DNA of 64,000 nt from Minisyncoccota bacterium (lineage in GTDB: Bacteria > Patescibacteriota > Minisyncoccia > Phycocordibacterales > VMEP01): the NCBI GenBank assembly GCA_041661305.1, contig JBAZUR010000001.1:387684-451683 (forward strand). The letters are read 5' to 3'. Shown here one piece after another: positions 18,701 to 27,111 of this stretch. Each line of letters begins with the position of its first letter. Position 1 is the stretch's first letter. The notes under the pieces were generated by a model that worked only from the letters and a program-made list of their open reading frames with translations, ran no database searches and had not been told where the DNA came from. The position numbers and the translations under genes were made by a program.

Positions 18701-19088
18701 TAACTATCGGGTATGGATTGGCGTTTTTTATTTCACCAGGAAACCCGATTGTCGCGCCGGGAACAGTCTGGGTAAGTGTAGTCGGAAGATCAACCTGAAC
18801 AGACCCAAAATGGTAATAATCAAAACAATCAACTGCCCCCTCGGGGGAAGTCCCAGAGGTATCAATACCAGAAGGATTACTCAAAAGAATAAAAGAGGTC
18901 ATCTTTTCTTTTTCTTCATTTGTCCAAGTCTTTTGGTCTTTCTTTAAAATAGCCTGTATCTCAGCTGGAGCGTCCTCTATATTAACTGTCGGTGTGCTAG
19001 GTGACGAAGGAGTTGTCACTTGAGCTTGCGACAATAGTGCTGATGTAAAAAGTAACAAAAATAAAACAAAACCGAAAAGTTTTTTCAT
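15723..19088 (-). CDS. Large secreted/membrane protein with Ig/PKD-like domains and Cys-rich repeats
   Basis: N-terminal signal peptide; central twin hydrophobic segments; PKD-like FTATATDIDGDNVRYGFDW; two CG(P/S)A(D/N)G...GLC...W.C repeats. Confidence 0.85.
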   Translation of the reverse strand: MKKLFGFVLFLLLFTSALLSQAQVTTPSSPSTPTVNIEDAPAEIQAILKKDQKTWTNEEKEKMTSFILLSNPSGIDTSGTSPEGAVDCFDYYHFGSVQVDLPTTLTQTVPGATIGFPGEIKNANPYPIVNGQVYVKIFRQQAGENFDQENGFDLVDQFSLDETFNIPANGSKKTSFLWKVPDNTPAGDYIASFFFQTAKRYNLLGLSFTDDVVGNQVYFSVVSDRKISVVTFDKSTVTLNKQPHRFAAFPLHFSKDEPVSVVVKLVNPKNESVTVPVVWKLYNWDGLREENLKDTKTESIKLKPEEVKEISYSALPTGAIVSYLVVETNDGPSKSILNIRFVRDGIEETRINFPSIMSYPLEKNKENTLFSCVHAVSDGVVKDNTLTLTLNDEKGRLIHSYEYAGNITSAMMGVKDLFTPKKNYTTFSLTATLKHKGEVVEEVKEVYDCRDINPDICPKKTNTGAIILGGLIILSIIYVLWAVLKGRKKLPISLTLILIFLGSSFIAPTTVEAKSVGTSFGLPILGFSEGSANPTGYGVAGITATVLYNATVTLFGSEVLDGSSIPTGATVRVTWNPSSGASSWVGTGGEYDSPYGRWDTSAKSCTTYNECTNINYVSGGWYYIIYQGDMATIPPSFSVSGSGLSCGATLGGVRTSGPYNSFFCSQYPGDPMWCATVVSYSPFYSDCIVTASSGQSISMNIAYPATNGSLRAGQFISYDGRQTGQYGRSGGLSYSVPAMSLSYSFTAAPPSNLPSTPTLVYQDPSLVNTPVSFTATATDIDGDNVRYGFDWNFDTVIDEWAPAIGYVPSGTPQTISRTWNTTGTKVFYVRTQDSNNNQSANVFKTVSIVTTIVNGSCGPADGTTRLTTAPTSGLCNTGTPGFVWNFTDRYQWDCRGINGANPTCRAYKNKTPTATMISPATNITINSSQSQQFSGAATDADIDGSIVAYEWRLGNCTSGTLISSLTSFARSFVPGTYWIFFRAQDDSGAWSSTWPSFCQGRQLVVTTPDPIPGVCGSANGAPTQKKPTSGLCNTVGLPGPVVLPEDINILPESDPALSWTWTCAGEYSGASASCSSVGTVCDSDGVCRQLGTSCGDDRCQASKGENPSTCRADCRVNFFEF

Positions 19089-19160
19089 GTTAACTAAAGT
19101 ATAACATCCGTTTTCATTTTTAAAGACGAATTATACACAGGTTCAACTTTCCTTCAGGCG

Positions 19161-22100
19161 CTATGGTTCAACACCATATACCCAATTGAGAACGCCGTAT
19201 CTTTGATGTGGTGGGGTTGTTGTGACTGTTCCAGTAAAAAAGTTATTAAAAGATATTCTCTCTGCGCTGTTAACCAACCCTCCAGATCTAAGCGGACTTT
19301 CGTAAATAACAGCAAAATAATTTGCGCCCGAAACAAAATTACTTGGATTTATATTAAACAACTGTCCATATTCCGCACTCGTCCCCATATCTAATCCGTA
19401 GATACTAGTTGAACTACCGACTACCCCCTTATACAAACCAGCTACTTTCTGTCCAGTCAAAGAATCCGTCAAAAAACGACAATTATAATAAGACGAGCCC
19501 GAACGGGTCGGAACGTAATACCCTCCCTCCATAAAACTTGCTGTTTGTGGATCACAATAGAAACCAACTTTCCCCATACTGATACTGTTTCGTGTCTTTG
19601 GGGTTCCATTAATAATATTTCCGTCTTTGTCATGTCCCGCCAAATAAGAACCGTCGTTGGTCCCCCAATTATTTTTATCACTTCCAATCGTATCGACATG
19701 TTTTCTTTCCATTGTTTTGTAGTCCGGAGAACCACTACCACCGCACCAACCACTACAATCCGCCAAAACCGGAGTCTGGTCGATAGTTGTAGTTGAAGCA
19801 CCTCCGCCAAAATTTAAACTCAAAACTTCCCCGTCATTTGCAAGTCCAGACCCTCCACCAGTTCCACTGAATGGAACAGGCAAATCAATCGAAACGTCAG
19901 AAAAAATATCCCCTGCTTCACCGCGCCCTATCAAAAAATATCCGTACGCTGGTATGGTTCCTGAAAGCGAGATGTGTGGAGTGCCGTCTTCGGCGGATAT
20001 ACTAAAACCAGATAGGTTAAGTGGTAAATTGGTTCTATTTTTTAACTCAATCCATTCGTCGTATGACGACGCATCAGTTCCCGCCCAAGCAACTTCATTA
20101 ATTACAATTGGCATATAGCTTGCGGTGAAATATGCAGTATTGCCAACAGTGGACAAATCGCGGTTTCCAAAAATACTCACCGCCACAACTTTTATATCGT
20201 ACGGCCCTGCTGTTGTGGGGATAACAACAGAAGTATCGCTTGTCGTGGTAATAGTTGAAAATCCAGTCAAACTTGTGCCTTTGATTATTTCAAAATAACT
20301 ATAGTTAGGCGTACTTGCCGACCAAGAAATAGTAGCTTGTCCTTCCGGAAGAAAGCACGACTGCGGTGGTGCCTGTAAAGAGTTGGCACATTCTAGAACG
20401 CTCACGTTTGTTGCTCTTGGTTGTATTGTGTAAACATTAAAAATAGCGTCTCGTGAAACAGAGGTGTTGCCATCTTGATCGACAGCAAAAAACTTTATCG
20501 TTGTTGTTCCCTCCGGCAAATCAGAAAATGAAAGCGACCATGTGCTAGTAGAAGAAGCGACTACTGTCGCGTTGTTAAAATCATTTCCTATTGTAAATCC
20601 AGGCGTTGAAGTTCCAGAAAAAGTAACGGAATTTGTGCGTAGTTGTAATGGAAAATTATGTGAGGTAATTGATGGCGGAGAGATATTTGGGACATCAACC
20701 GATAAGGTAATTTCTTGTTGAGCGATGTTTTCATTATCAGGAATTGTTGCAAGAAATCGTATTGTGCTTATGCCATTTGGAAAATCAGAAATGGTAATAG
20801 ACCAGTCCCCTGTTTCTAATGAAGTTGTGGTGGATTGCGAATATGAATTTGAAATTGTTGCACCAGGAGTGGATGTGCCTGAAAATATTATAGTTGTCTC
20901 AGTAAACGCGTTAGAAAAATCGCTTGGTGATATAACGGAAATAAAAACCGAACTAGCTTGCGAAACTTCTGTTATCGATGTTTCTTCCTCCGTCGCCTGT
21001 TCTGTAGCCGGCGTTGTAATTACTGGGGCTGACACTGGCGCTCCACCGCCAAAACCAGGAGAAAAACCACTTCCAAAATTTATTTTTGGCATAGGAATAT
21101 TATCTGTGACTGGTGTTGGGGGTGTTTCTGTTGAAGTTGTTTGTTTTTGCACTTGAGGTTCTGTCTCTGTCTCGCTTGGTTGAGCAATAATCTGCTCAGC
21201 ATCTTGAGTGACTGGTGTGTTATTTTCTGAAGCTAAAACCGAAGTGGTGTCTGATTTTTGTTCCTCCGTTGGTATTTGTTGAACTTGCGCATCATTTGCT
21301 GTGGCGAGAACAACGGCCGCACCAGAATTTGAATCGCCAAAGGCTAGGTCTGTGGCGGCGCGTATTCCAGAACCAATCGTTGACGCAATATTTTTAATAG
21401 CACCCACCGTAGCGACACCGGCAGAGTAAACACCTCCCGCCGTTTCAACTACAACAGTTTTTGTTGTGTCCGCGACAGGATCAATAACAGCCAGCACTGC
21501 TCCTTGTACCTTGTGTGTGGTTGTAAGTTTAGGAGAAGCAATGCATGGCAAATTCTCGTTTTGATTTTTATTTGTCTTTAAATTATCGAGTGAGGATTTA
21601 ATATCAGACACAATTTGGGCGCTACGATACTTCATATAAACATCTGAAAAACTATGTCCGAGCTTATCATCACCATCTTTCAAAATGATTTTGGTATTCG
21701 CCGACATAATTTTCTTAAGCGGAACACTTCCAACAAAATCAGAAATAACTTTATCTGTACTTGAAGTAAGCCATTTTCCACCACCGGCAACACGACTAGC
21801 TGGAGTGGCAACAGAATAAACAGCAATAGAGCCTGCGGAAGCATTCCCGGGTTGTCCAAAAACTTTGTCATGGAAACTGTTGGCATAAAAATTGCCCTGT
21901 GAATGGGCAACGAGAAGCACTTTTTTGGTTTTAACTTTTTCACTCGCAGACTTCAACATCTCAACAAGATCATAATCTTGCACTGTTTCATCTTCAAAAA
22001 TCTTTTGGTATGTGGCGACAAAGGCGTCACCTAAACCACCAACATGAGATGGGTTGAGAAGATATTCATACTTAATTTTTTGGTTATTCCAAACAAAACC

Positions 22101-22274
22101 AACTTTTTTCATGAGTGCCTCCATATTCGCCACGGCGCCACTTTCGTCAGTAAAAACACCGTTTATAGTAGCCACCGTATAACCATCTGGGGAACAGTTT
22201 TTTACGCTAGAAGTAGCGAAAGAGACTGGTGGAAAAAACAAGCCAATGATTAAAAAATTAAATAAAAATTTCAT
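19161..22274 (-). CDS. Secreted protein: alpha/beta-hydrolase-like domain, low-complexity linker, Ig-like domains and lamin tail domain
   Basis: Signal peptide; VAHSQGN nucleophile elbow; two FSGTSTPG repeats; LTD motif VINEVAWAGT...DEWIELKN. Confidence 0.85.
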   Translation of the reverse strand: MKFLFNFLIIGLFFPPVSFATSSVKNCSPDGYTVATINGVFTDESGAVANMEALMKKVGFVWNNQKIKYEYLLNPSHVGGLGDAFVATYQKIFEDETVQDYDLVEMLKSASEKVKTKKVLLVAHSQGNFYANSFHDKVFGQPGNASAGSIAVYSVATPASRVAGGGKWLTSSTDKVISDFVGSVPLKKIMSANTKIILKDGDDKLGHSFSDVYMKYRSAQIVSDIKSSLDNLKTNKNQNENLPCIASPKLTTTHKVQGAVLAVIDPVADTTKTVVVETAGGVYSAGVATVGAIKNIASTIGSGIRAATDLAFGDSNSGAAVVLATANDAQVQQIPTEEQKSDTTSVLASENNTPVTQDAEQIIAQPSETETEPQVQKQTTSTETPPTPVTDNIPMPKINFGSGFSPGFGGGAPVSAPVITTPATEQATEEETSITEVSQASSVFISVISPSDFSNAFTETTIIFSGTSTPGATISNSYSQSTTTSLETGDWSITISDFPNGISTIRFLATIPDNENIAQQEITLSVDVPNISPPSITSHNFPLQLRTNSVTFSGTSTPGFTIGNDFNNATVVASSTSTWSLSFSDLPEGTTTIKFFAVDQDGNTSVSRDAIFNVYTIQPRATNVSVLECANSLQAPPQSCFLPEGQATISWSASTPNYSYFEIIKGTSLTGFSTITTTSDTSVVIPTTAGPYDIKVVAVSIFGNRDLSTVGNTAYFTASYMPIVINEVAWAGTDASSYDEWIELKNRTNLPLNLSGFSISAEDGTPHISLSGTIPAYGYFLIGRGEAGDIFSDVSIDLPVPFSGTGGGSGLANDGEVLSLNFGGGASTTTIDQTPVLADCSGWCGGSGSPDYKTMERKHVDTIGSDKNNWGTNDGSYLAGHDKDGNIINGTPKTRNSISMGKVGFYCDPQTASFMEGGYYVPTRSGSSYYNCRFLTDSLTGQKVAGLYKGVVGSSTSIYGLDMGTSAEYGQLFNINPSNFVSGANYFAVIYESPLRSGGLVNSAERISFNNFFTGTVTTTPPHQRYGVLNWVYGVEP

Positions 22275-22276
22275 GT

Positions 22277-22894
22277 TTAGCTAACCAACACAGAAACATC
22301 TAAATCACACTCATCTTCAGACACAGAGTAGCTCCCAACGTATTCGTAAAAATTTTTTATATATTTTTTTCTCTCTTCTGTATTTACCTGGCGTTGTTTA
22401 ACAAAATTCTCGTTTTTTTCAGTTTCTGCGGTAAATTTATCCATATCCTCACGTGAACTAATACTCCAAATACATTTAAGTGCCTTACTTTGATTATCCT
22501 CCACGACCGCTGTAGCGGTTTCTCTGTTTAAAACAGGTAAGGTCATCTCAAGTTGTAGTGCGAGTGCGTACTGAAGCAACACCGCTCTAGTTTTCGCCGA
22601 GTTTGGATATTCTTTAAAAATAGCTAGTTCAACGTCATCACGAATTCCGTTTTGGTTGGCGTCAATTCCTGCGACAGTCTTATCTGCCTCAGTCCCCGGG
22701 TCTGGTGGCAAGTTCTTGCCCATTACATCATCCAACGTGAGCTTCGTCGCATGGATTTTTTCAACCTGCACGTTAGTTTTATCTACAGTCCAAAAATAAT
22801 AAGCGCGAACAATTACCAGCGCGACATAAATAATAAAAATAACAACGAGAATTCGTACTAAAATTTTTCTCCACCCCAAATTTAAAATGGACAT
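22277..22894 (-). CDS. Membrane-anchored hypothetical protein with an Asp-rich, Ca-binding-like motif
   Basis: N-terminal TM; LPPDPG...AGIDANQNGIRDDVE. ATG at 22894 preferred over the track TTG at 22903 because TGTTAAGAT (extended -10) lies 9 nt upstream of it. Confidence 0.8.
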   Translation of the reverse strand: MSILNLGWRKILVRILVVIFIIYVALVIVRAYYFWTVDKTNVQVEKIHATKLTLDDVMGKNLPPDPGTEADKTVAGIDANQNGIRDDVELAIFKEYPNSAKTRAVLLQYALALQLEMTLPVLNRETATAVVEDNQSKALKCIWSISSREDMDKFTAETEKNENFVKQRQVNTEERKKYIKNFYEYVGSYSVSEDECDLDVSVLVS

Positions 22895-22949
22895 ATTCCC
22901 CAAATCTTAACAAACAACGCACCTCATTTCCCTCGCCTTCAACCAAACA

Positions 22950-22958
22950 TGTGGATAA
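22950..22958 (-). promoter_or_regulatory. Consensus DnaA box (TTATCCACA)
   Basis: tgtggataa on the + strand. Confidence 0.45.
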
Positions 22959-22977
22959 CTCAAAAACACATACCCCT

Positions 22978-23027
22978 ATATCCCACTACTATTATTCTGC
23001 TATAGCAGAATAATAGTAGTGGGATAT
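22978..23027. repeat. Perfect 50-bp palindrome, copy 1
   Basis: atatcccactactattattctgcta|tagcagaataatagtagtgggatat, checked base by base, no loop. Confidence 0.97.
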
Positions 23028-23063
23028 TTGAATAATCAAAAAAACACCCGTTAAGTCACGATA

Positions 23064-23636
23064 TTAATCGGAGATAATAAATTTTCTTTTAAGAGCTTGG
23101 TCGTTCTCTATTTTGTCGGCAATTATATAAAGAACGTCCTTCCCTATTTTAAAATCCGCTTTCATTAAAGTAATCAGGTCTTCGCAGTCATATGGATACA
23201 CCCAAACACTGTCCTGAAGTTTCAAAAAACCGAAACTTTCTAAGGTTCTCCTTAATTTTTCCCTAAGTAATTTTCTCTCTTCTTTAAGGTCGTAAATAAC
23301 AATTCTCCATTTTCCGTCCCATTTTTTTGGTTTAGGTAATTCACCTTCGTCGTACATATAATACAAATGTCTTTCTCCTTCAGGGGTAAGCCTGGCAAAA
23401 GTTCCATTTTGTGTTTTCTCAAATCTAACTAGACCTCTTTCAACAAGACGCGTAACTGAACGTTTCACCCAATAACCATCTTTCCTCAAAATACCCAGCT
23501 TACCAAAAGCTCCGATTACGCTCGGCGCTATCAATGCAACGCTCAATAATCCAGCACCCTTAACAACAGACAAAACGACTTTTTGCACATTTTCTTTTTG
23601 TGTCCGCTTTTTTGATTCTTTTTCGAGAGCTCCCAT
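23064..23636 (-). CDS. wHTH + Cas2-like domain protein (PaaX-like, short form)
   Basis: RSVTRLVERGLV...RLTPEG (wHTH); WDGKWRIVIYDL...R.KLR..L..FGF.KLQDSVW (PaaX central/Cas2 fold); no PaaX C-terminal domain. Confidence 0.9.
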   Translation of the reverse strand: MGALEKESKKRTQKENVQKVVLSVVKGAGLLSVALIAPSVIGAFGKLGILRKDGYWVKRSVTRLVERGLVRFEKTQNGTFARLTPEGERHLYYMYDEGELPKPKKWDGKWRIVIYDLKEERKLLREKLRRTLESFGFLKLQDSVWVYPYDCEDLITLMKADFKIGKDVLYIIADKIENDQALKRKFIISD

Positions 23637-23661
23637 TTTTTTCTTTTTCTTTCTTTTCCCT

Positions 23662-23719
23662 ATCTTACACTCACTACTATTATTCTGCTATAGCAGAATA
23701 ATAGTAGTGAGTGTAAGAT
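23662..23719. repeat. Perfect 58-bp palindrome, copy 2
   Basis: atcttacactcactactattattctgcta|tagcagaataatagtagtgagtgtaagat; 38-bp core 23672-23709 is identical to 22984-23021. Confidence 0.97.
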
Positions 23720-23725
23720 GATCTT

Positions 23726-24604
23726 CTATACATTTTTCTGCCAAGAAAAATCTCCGCGTGCAGTTTTTTTGCCGTCTTTTTTTAAGTAGTCTTCCAAAAG
23801 CTCCGAACTTGAACGAACCTTTCCACTTTTACCAATATTGAAAACCATTTCCACTCCCAAATCTTTACAAATTTTCGCTTCTGGTATCGCATCTTCATCT
23901 TTCCTGTCGCCACCGTTAGCAAAAATTTGCGGTCGTATTTTTTCAATTGCCTCCCCCACGTCATCACGATCAGTTTCTAAGATAAAAACATCATCAACAT
24001 GCTTAATCCCTTTTATTAGGGCGGCGCGATCATTTTGGTTCATGAAATACTTTCCTTTTTTACGAATCAACCATGCATCACAATTAATAACAACTATAAG
24101 TTTGTCTCCTAAAGCCTTAGCTTCCTCAAACATCTCTAAGTGTCCTACGTGTATCGGATCAAAACCACCACTAACAACAACTATTTTTTCTTTTTTATCC
24201 ATCTGCAAAACATCTCCGCCCGTCCTGCCGTAATCATCTTCGTATCGAACGATGTCTCCTTCATCAGCAGAGCTACCGTGCACAAGCTCAAAATAAACAC
24301 CGCGAAGCAATCTGTGTTTCTCTTTAGGCTTCACTCTGTAAAAACCAACGTGCCATTCATGGTGTTTATCATCTTCTTCTGTTCCTTGAATCCCTTTACC
24401 GCGAACTATTCTAAAATATATCCCAGGAAGCACGTAGTGTTTGTTTTTAGGTGTAACTTTATACACCCCAAGTTGCCACTCAGTGCGATTATTATGACTC
24501 TGAAGACTTGTCTGCCCACCAACCACAATAAACTTAACCCAGAAATTTTTATGGTGAACAAGCTTCCACATTCTCCCCCATGGTCGTTTTGTATAAAAAG
24601 TCAT
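23726..24604 (-). CDS. Fusion of a reduced mannose-6-P-isomerase-type cupin and an HxGH nucleotidyltransferase
   Basis: RPWG...SLQSHNNRTEW...DIVRYEDDYGR, followed by GGFDPIHVGH and FANGGDR. Confidence 0.85.
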   Translation of the reverse strand: MTFYTKRPWGRMWKLVHHKNFWVKFIVVGGQTSLQSHNNRTEWQLGVYKVTPKNKHYVLPGIYFRIVRGKGIQGTEEDDKHHEWHVGFYRVKPKEKHRLLRGVYFELVHGSSADEGDIVRYEDDYGRTGGDVLQMDKKEKIVVVSGGFDPIHVGHLEMFEEAKALGDKLIVVINCDAWLIRKKGKYFMNQNDRAALIKGIKHVDDVFILETDRDDVGEAIEKIRPQIFANGGDRKDEDAIPEAKICKDLGVEMVFNIGKSGKVRSSSELLEDYLKKDGKKTARGDFSWQKNV

Positions 24605-24705
24605 TTTATTTTTTTACAGTATAAACTAAATTATTATAAGGTCTAACCTTATAAAATATGTAACATTTTGGTTCTAAATATTGTTATATAGTAGAGTAAC
24701 AAAAA

Positions 24706-24753
24706 TGACACTTTTTGACACTTATTGACACCTTCCCTATTTTTACTAATACT
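24706..24753 (+). promoter_or_regulatory. sigma70-type promoter overlapped by three TGACAC direct repeats at 10-bp period
   Basis: TGACAC at 24706, 24716 and 24726; TTGACA (24725-24730), 17-nt spacer, AATACT (24748-24753). Confidence 0.65.
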
Positions 24754-24762
24754 TAACAAATC

Positions 24763-25011
24763 ATGACAGAAGAGATACACCCAAATGCTGTTTATACAAC
24801 AGCAGAAACACAAACTATTCTTAAAATAAGTGATAGTACGGTAAAACGTATGCTAAAAAACGGTCTTATTCGTGCTAATAAAGTCGGCGGACAATACAGA
24901 ATTATGGGAAAAGAACTACTTCGTATCCTCTCCCCCGATCTAGAAAAAGAAACAACGCAATCTTATTTAAAAATAAAAAAGAAGGTAGTCGCCAAAATCA
25001 ACAGATGGTAA
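24763..25011 (+). CDS. HTH_17 / excisionase-like DNA-binding protein
   Basis: [37 protein letters not shown]. Confidence 0.9.
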   Translation: MTEEIHPNAVYTTAETQTILKISDSTVKRMLKNGLIRANKVGGQYRIMGKELLRILSPDLEKETTQSYLKIKKKVVAKINRW

Positions 25012-26129
25012 GAATAATAAAAAATAAAAAGCTAATAATAAAAATGAAAAAAACAACAAATAAAAAAAATATCGGTAAAGTATCAACTAAAAATAAAGTA
25101 GCTTTTGTTACTGGAATCACAGGACAAGATGGCTCCTATTTAGCTGAGTTGCTTTTAGAAAAAGGTTATGAAGTACACGGACTCATCCGCCGTGCTAGCA
25201 ATTTCAACACACAAAGAATAGATCATCTCTACAGCGACCCACATAAACACAATGGTAAATTTTTTCTACATTTCGGAGACCTTTCGGATTCGAGCAACCT
25301 AAATCGTATCTTAAGCGAGGTGAAGCCAGACGAAATCTACCATCTTGGAGCACAAAGCCATGTGCGTGTTAGTTTTGATATTCCAGAATATACAGGAGAC
25401 GTCACCGGACTTGGAACAATTCGTCTTCTTGATGCCATGCGTGAAGTTGGTTTAAATAAAACAAAATTTTATCAAGCATCGTCAAGCGAGATGTTTGGTA
25501 AAGCTATCGAAATACCACTCAAAGAAACAACACCTTTTCACCCACGCTCACCATATGGTGTTGCAAAAGTTTACGCATATTGGATAACAAAAAATTATCG
25601 TGAAAGCTATGGAATGTTCGCGTCAAATGGAATATTGTTTAATCACGAAAGCGAAAGACGTGGCGAAACATTCGTCACAAGAAAAATTACACAGGGTCTT
25701 TCTCGTATAAAACTCGGCAAGGAACAAAAACTGTATCTTGGTAATCTTGATGCAATGCGCGATTGGGGTCACGCAAAAGATTATGTTTATGGAATGTGGC
25801 TTATGTTGCAACACAAAGAACCAGATGATTTCATTTTAGCGACCAACGAATCACACAGTGTACGTGAATTTGTAGAAGAAGCCGGAAGGGTTCTTGGGAT
25901 GAATATTGTATGGAGCGGTAAAGGTTTAAAAGAAAAAGGAATTGATAAAAATACAGGTAAGACAATAATTGAGATAGATCCAAGATATTTCCGCCCGGCA
26001 GAAGTAGATGTCTTAAGGGGAGATTATTCAAAAGCAAAAAATAAACTAGGTTGGAAACCAGAAATAAAGTTCAAAGAACTTGTGAGGTTAATGACAGAAT
26101 CGGATTATGAATTAGTTAAAAGTTCATAA
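25005..26129 (+). CDS. gmd: GDP-mannose 4,6-dehydratase (alternative start 25044)
   Basis: [56 protein letters not shown]. Confidence 0.98.
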   Translation: MVRIIKNKKLIIKMKKTTNKKNIGKVSTKNKVAFVTGITGQDGSYLAELLLEKGYEVHGLIRRASNFNTQRIDHLYSDPHKHNGKFFLHFGDLSDSSNLNRILSEVKPDEIYHLGAQSHVRVSFDIPEYTGDVTGLGTIRLLDAMREVGLNKTKFYQASSSEMFGKAIEIPLKETTPFHPRSPYGVAKVYAYWITKNYRESYGMFASNGILFNHESERRGETFVTRKITQGLSRIKLGKEQKLYLGNLDAMRDWGHAKDYVYGMWLMLQHKEPDDFILATNESHSVREFVEEAGRVLGMNIVWSGKGLKEKGIDKNTGKTIIEIDPRYFRPAEVDVLRGDYSKAKNKLGWKPEIKFKELVRLMTESDYELVKSS

Positions 26130-26145
26130 AATTTGTAAAATAGAA

Positions 26146-27108
26146 ATGGTTATGAAAAAGACTTCTAAAATTTATGTGGCTGGACACAATGGACTTGTCG
26201 GTTCGGCAATTGTAAGGCTCCTAAATAAAAAAGGTTATAAAAACATTGTTCTTAGGACCAGAGCAGAACTTGATTTAACTAATCAGAAAAAAGTCGCTGA
26301 TTTTTTCAAAAAAGAAAAACCAGAATATGTATTCTTGGCTGCGGCAAAAGTCGGTGGAATTGTGGCGAACCAAAATATGCCAGCATCCTTCATCCATGAA
26401 AATTTATCTGTACAAAATAATATTATTGATAGCGCTTATCGTGCCAATGTAAAAAAACTTCTTTTTCTTGGAAGTTCTTGCATATACCCAAAACTCGCCC
26501 CACAACCAATTAAAGAGGCTTATCTAATGACAGGACCACTTGAGCCAACAAATTGTAATTACGCCGTTGCTAAAATTGCAGGAATTTTTATGTGCCAAGC
26601 ATACAATAAGCAATACGGCACAAACTTTATTTCGGTCATGCCAACAAATCTCTATGGGCCAAACGATAATTTTGATCCAGTAAATTCACATGTTCTCCCT
26701 GCGCTTATAAAAAGATTTCATGAAGCAAAGGAATCAAAAGCTAAAGAAATAACCATGTGGGGAACAGGATCCCCAAAAAGAGAGTTCTTGCATGTTGATG
26801 ATTTAGCTGATGCTTGTTTATTCCTTATGCAAAATTACAACGAATCAGAGATAGTAAATATAGGCACAGGTGTCGATCTTTCAATAAAATCTTTAACAGA
26901 GAAAGCAAAAAAAATAATAGGTTTTAGTGGAAAAATAATTTGGGACAAAACAAAACCAGATGGTACCCCAAGAAAACTTCTTAATGTTTCCAAGCTACAT
27001 AAACTCGGATGGAAACACAAAATAGATTTAGACACAGGAATCAAAAAAACGTATGAATGGTATAGGGATAACGAGAAAGTTAAAGACAGAAAATTAACAA
27101 GAGAATAA
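26146..27108 (+). CDS. fcl: GDP-L-fucose synthase
   Basis: [55 protein letters not shown]. Confidence 0.96.
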   Translation: MVMKKTSKIYVAGHNGLVGSAIVRLLNKKGYKNIVLRTRAELDLTNQKKVADFFKKEKPEYVFLAAAKVGGIVANQNMPASFIHENLSVQNNIIDSAYRANVKKLLFLGSSCIYPKLAPQPIKEAYLMTGPLEPTNCNYAVAKIAGIFMCQAYNKQYGTNFISVMPTNLYGPNDNFDPVNSHVLPALIKRFHEAKESKAKEITMWGTGSPKREFLHVDDLADACLFLMQNYNESEIVNIGTGVDLSIKSLTEKAKKIIGFSGKIIWDKTKPDGTPRKLLNVSKLHKLGWKHKIDLDTGIKKTYEWYRDNEKVKDRKLTRE

Positions 27109-27111
27109 AAA

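Noticed and set aside
23064-23636. CRISPR-Cas locus based on the Cas2-like domain
   Set aside because: No cas1 or effector genes and no repeat-spacer array; the two repeats are 688 bp apart and enclose a gene.
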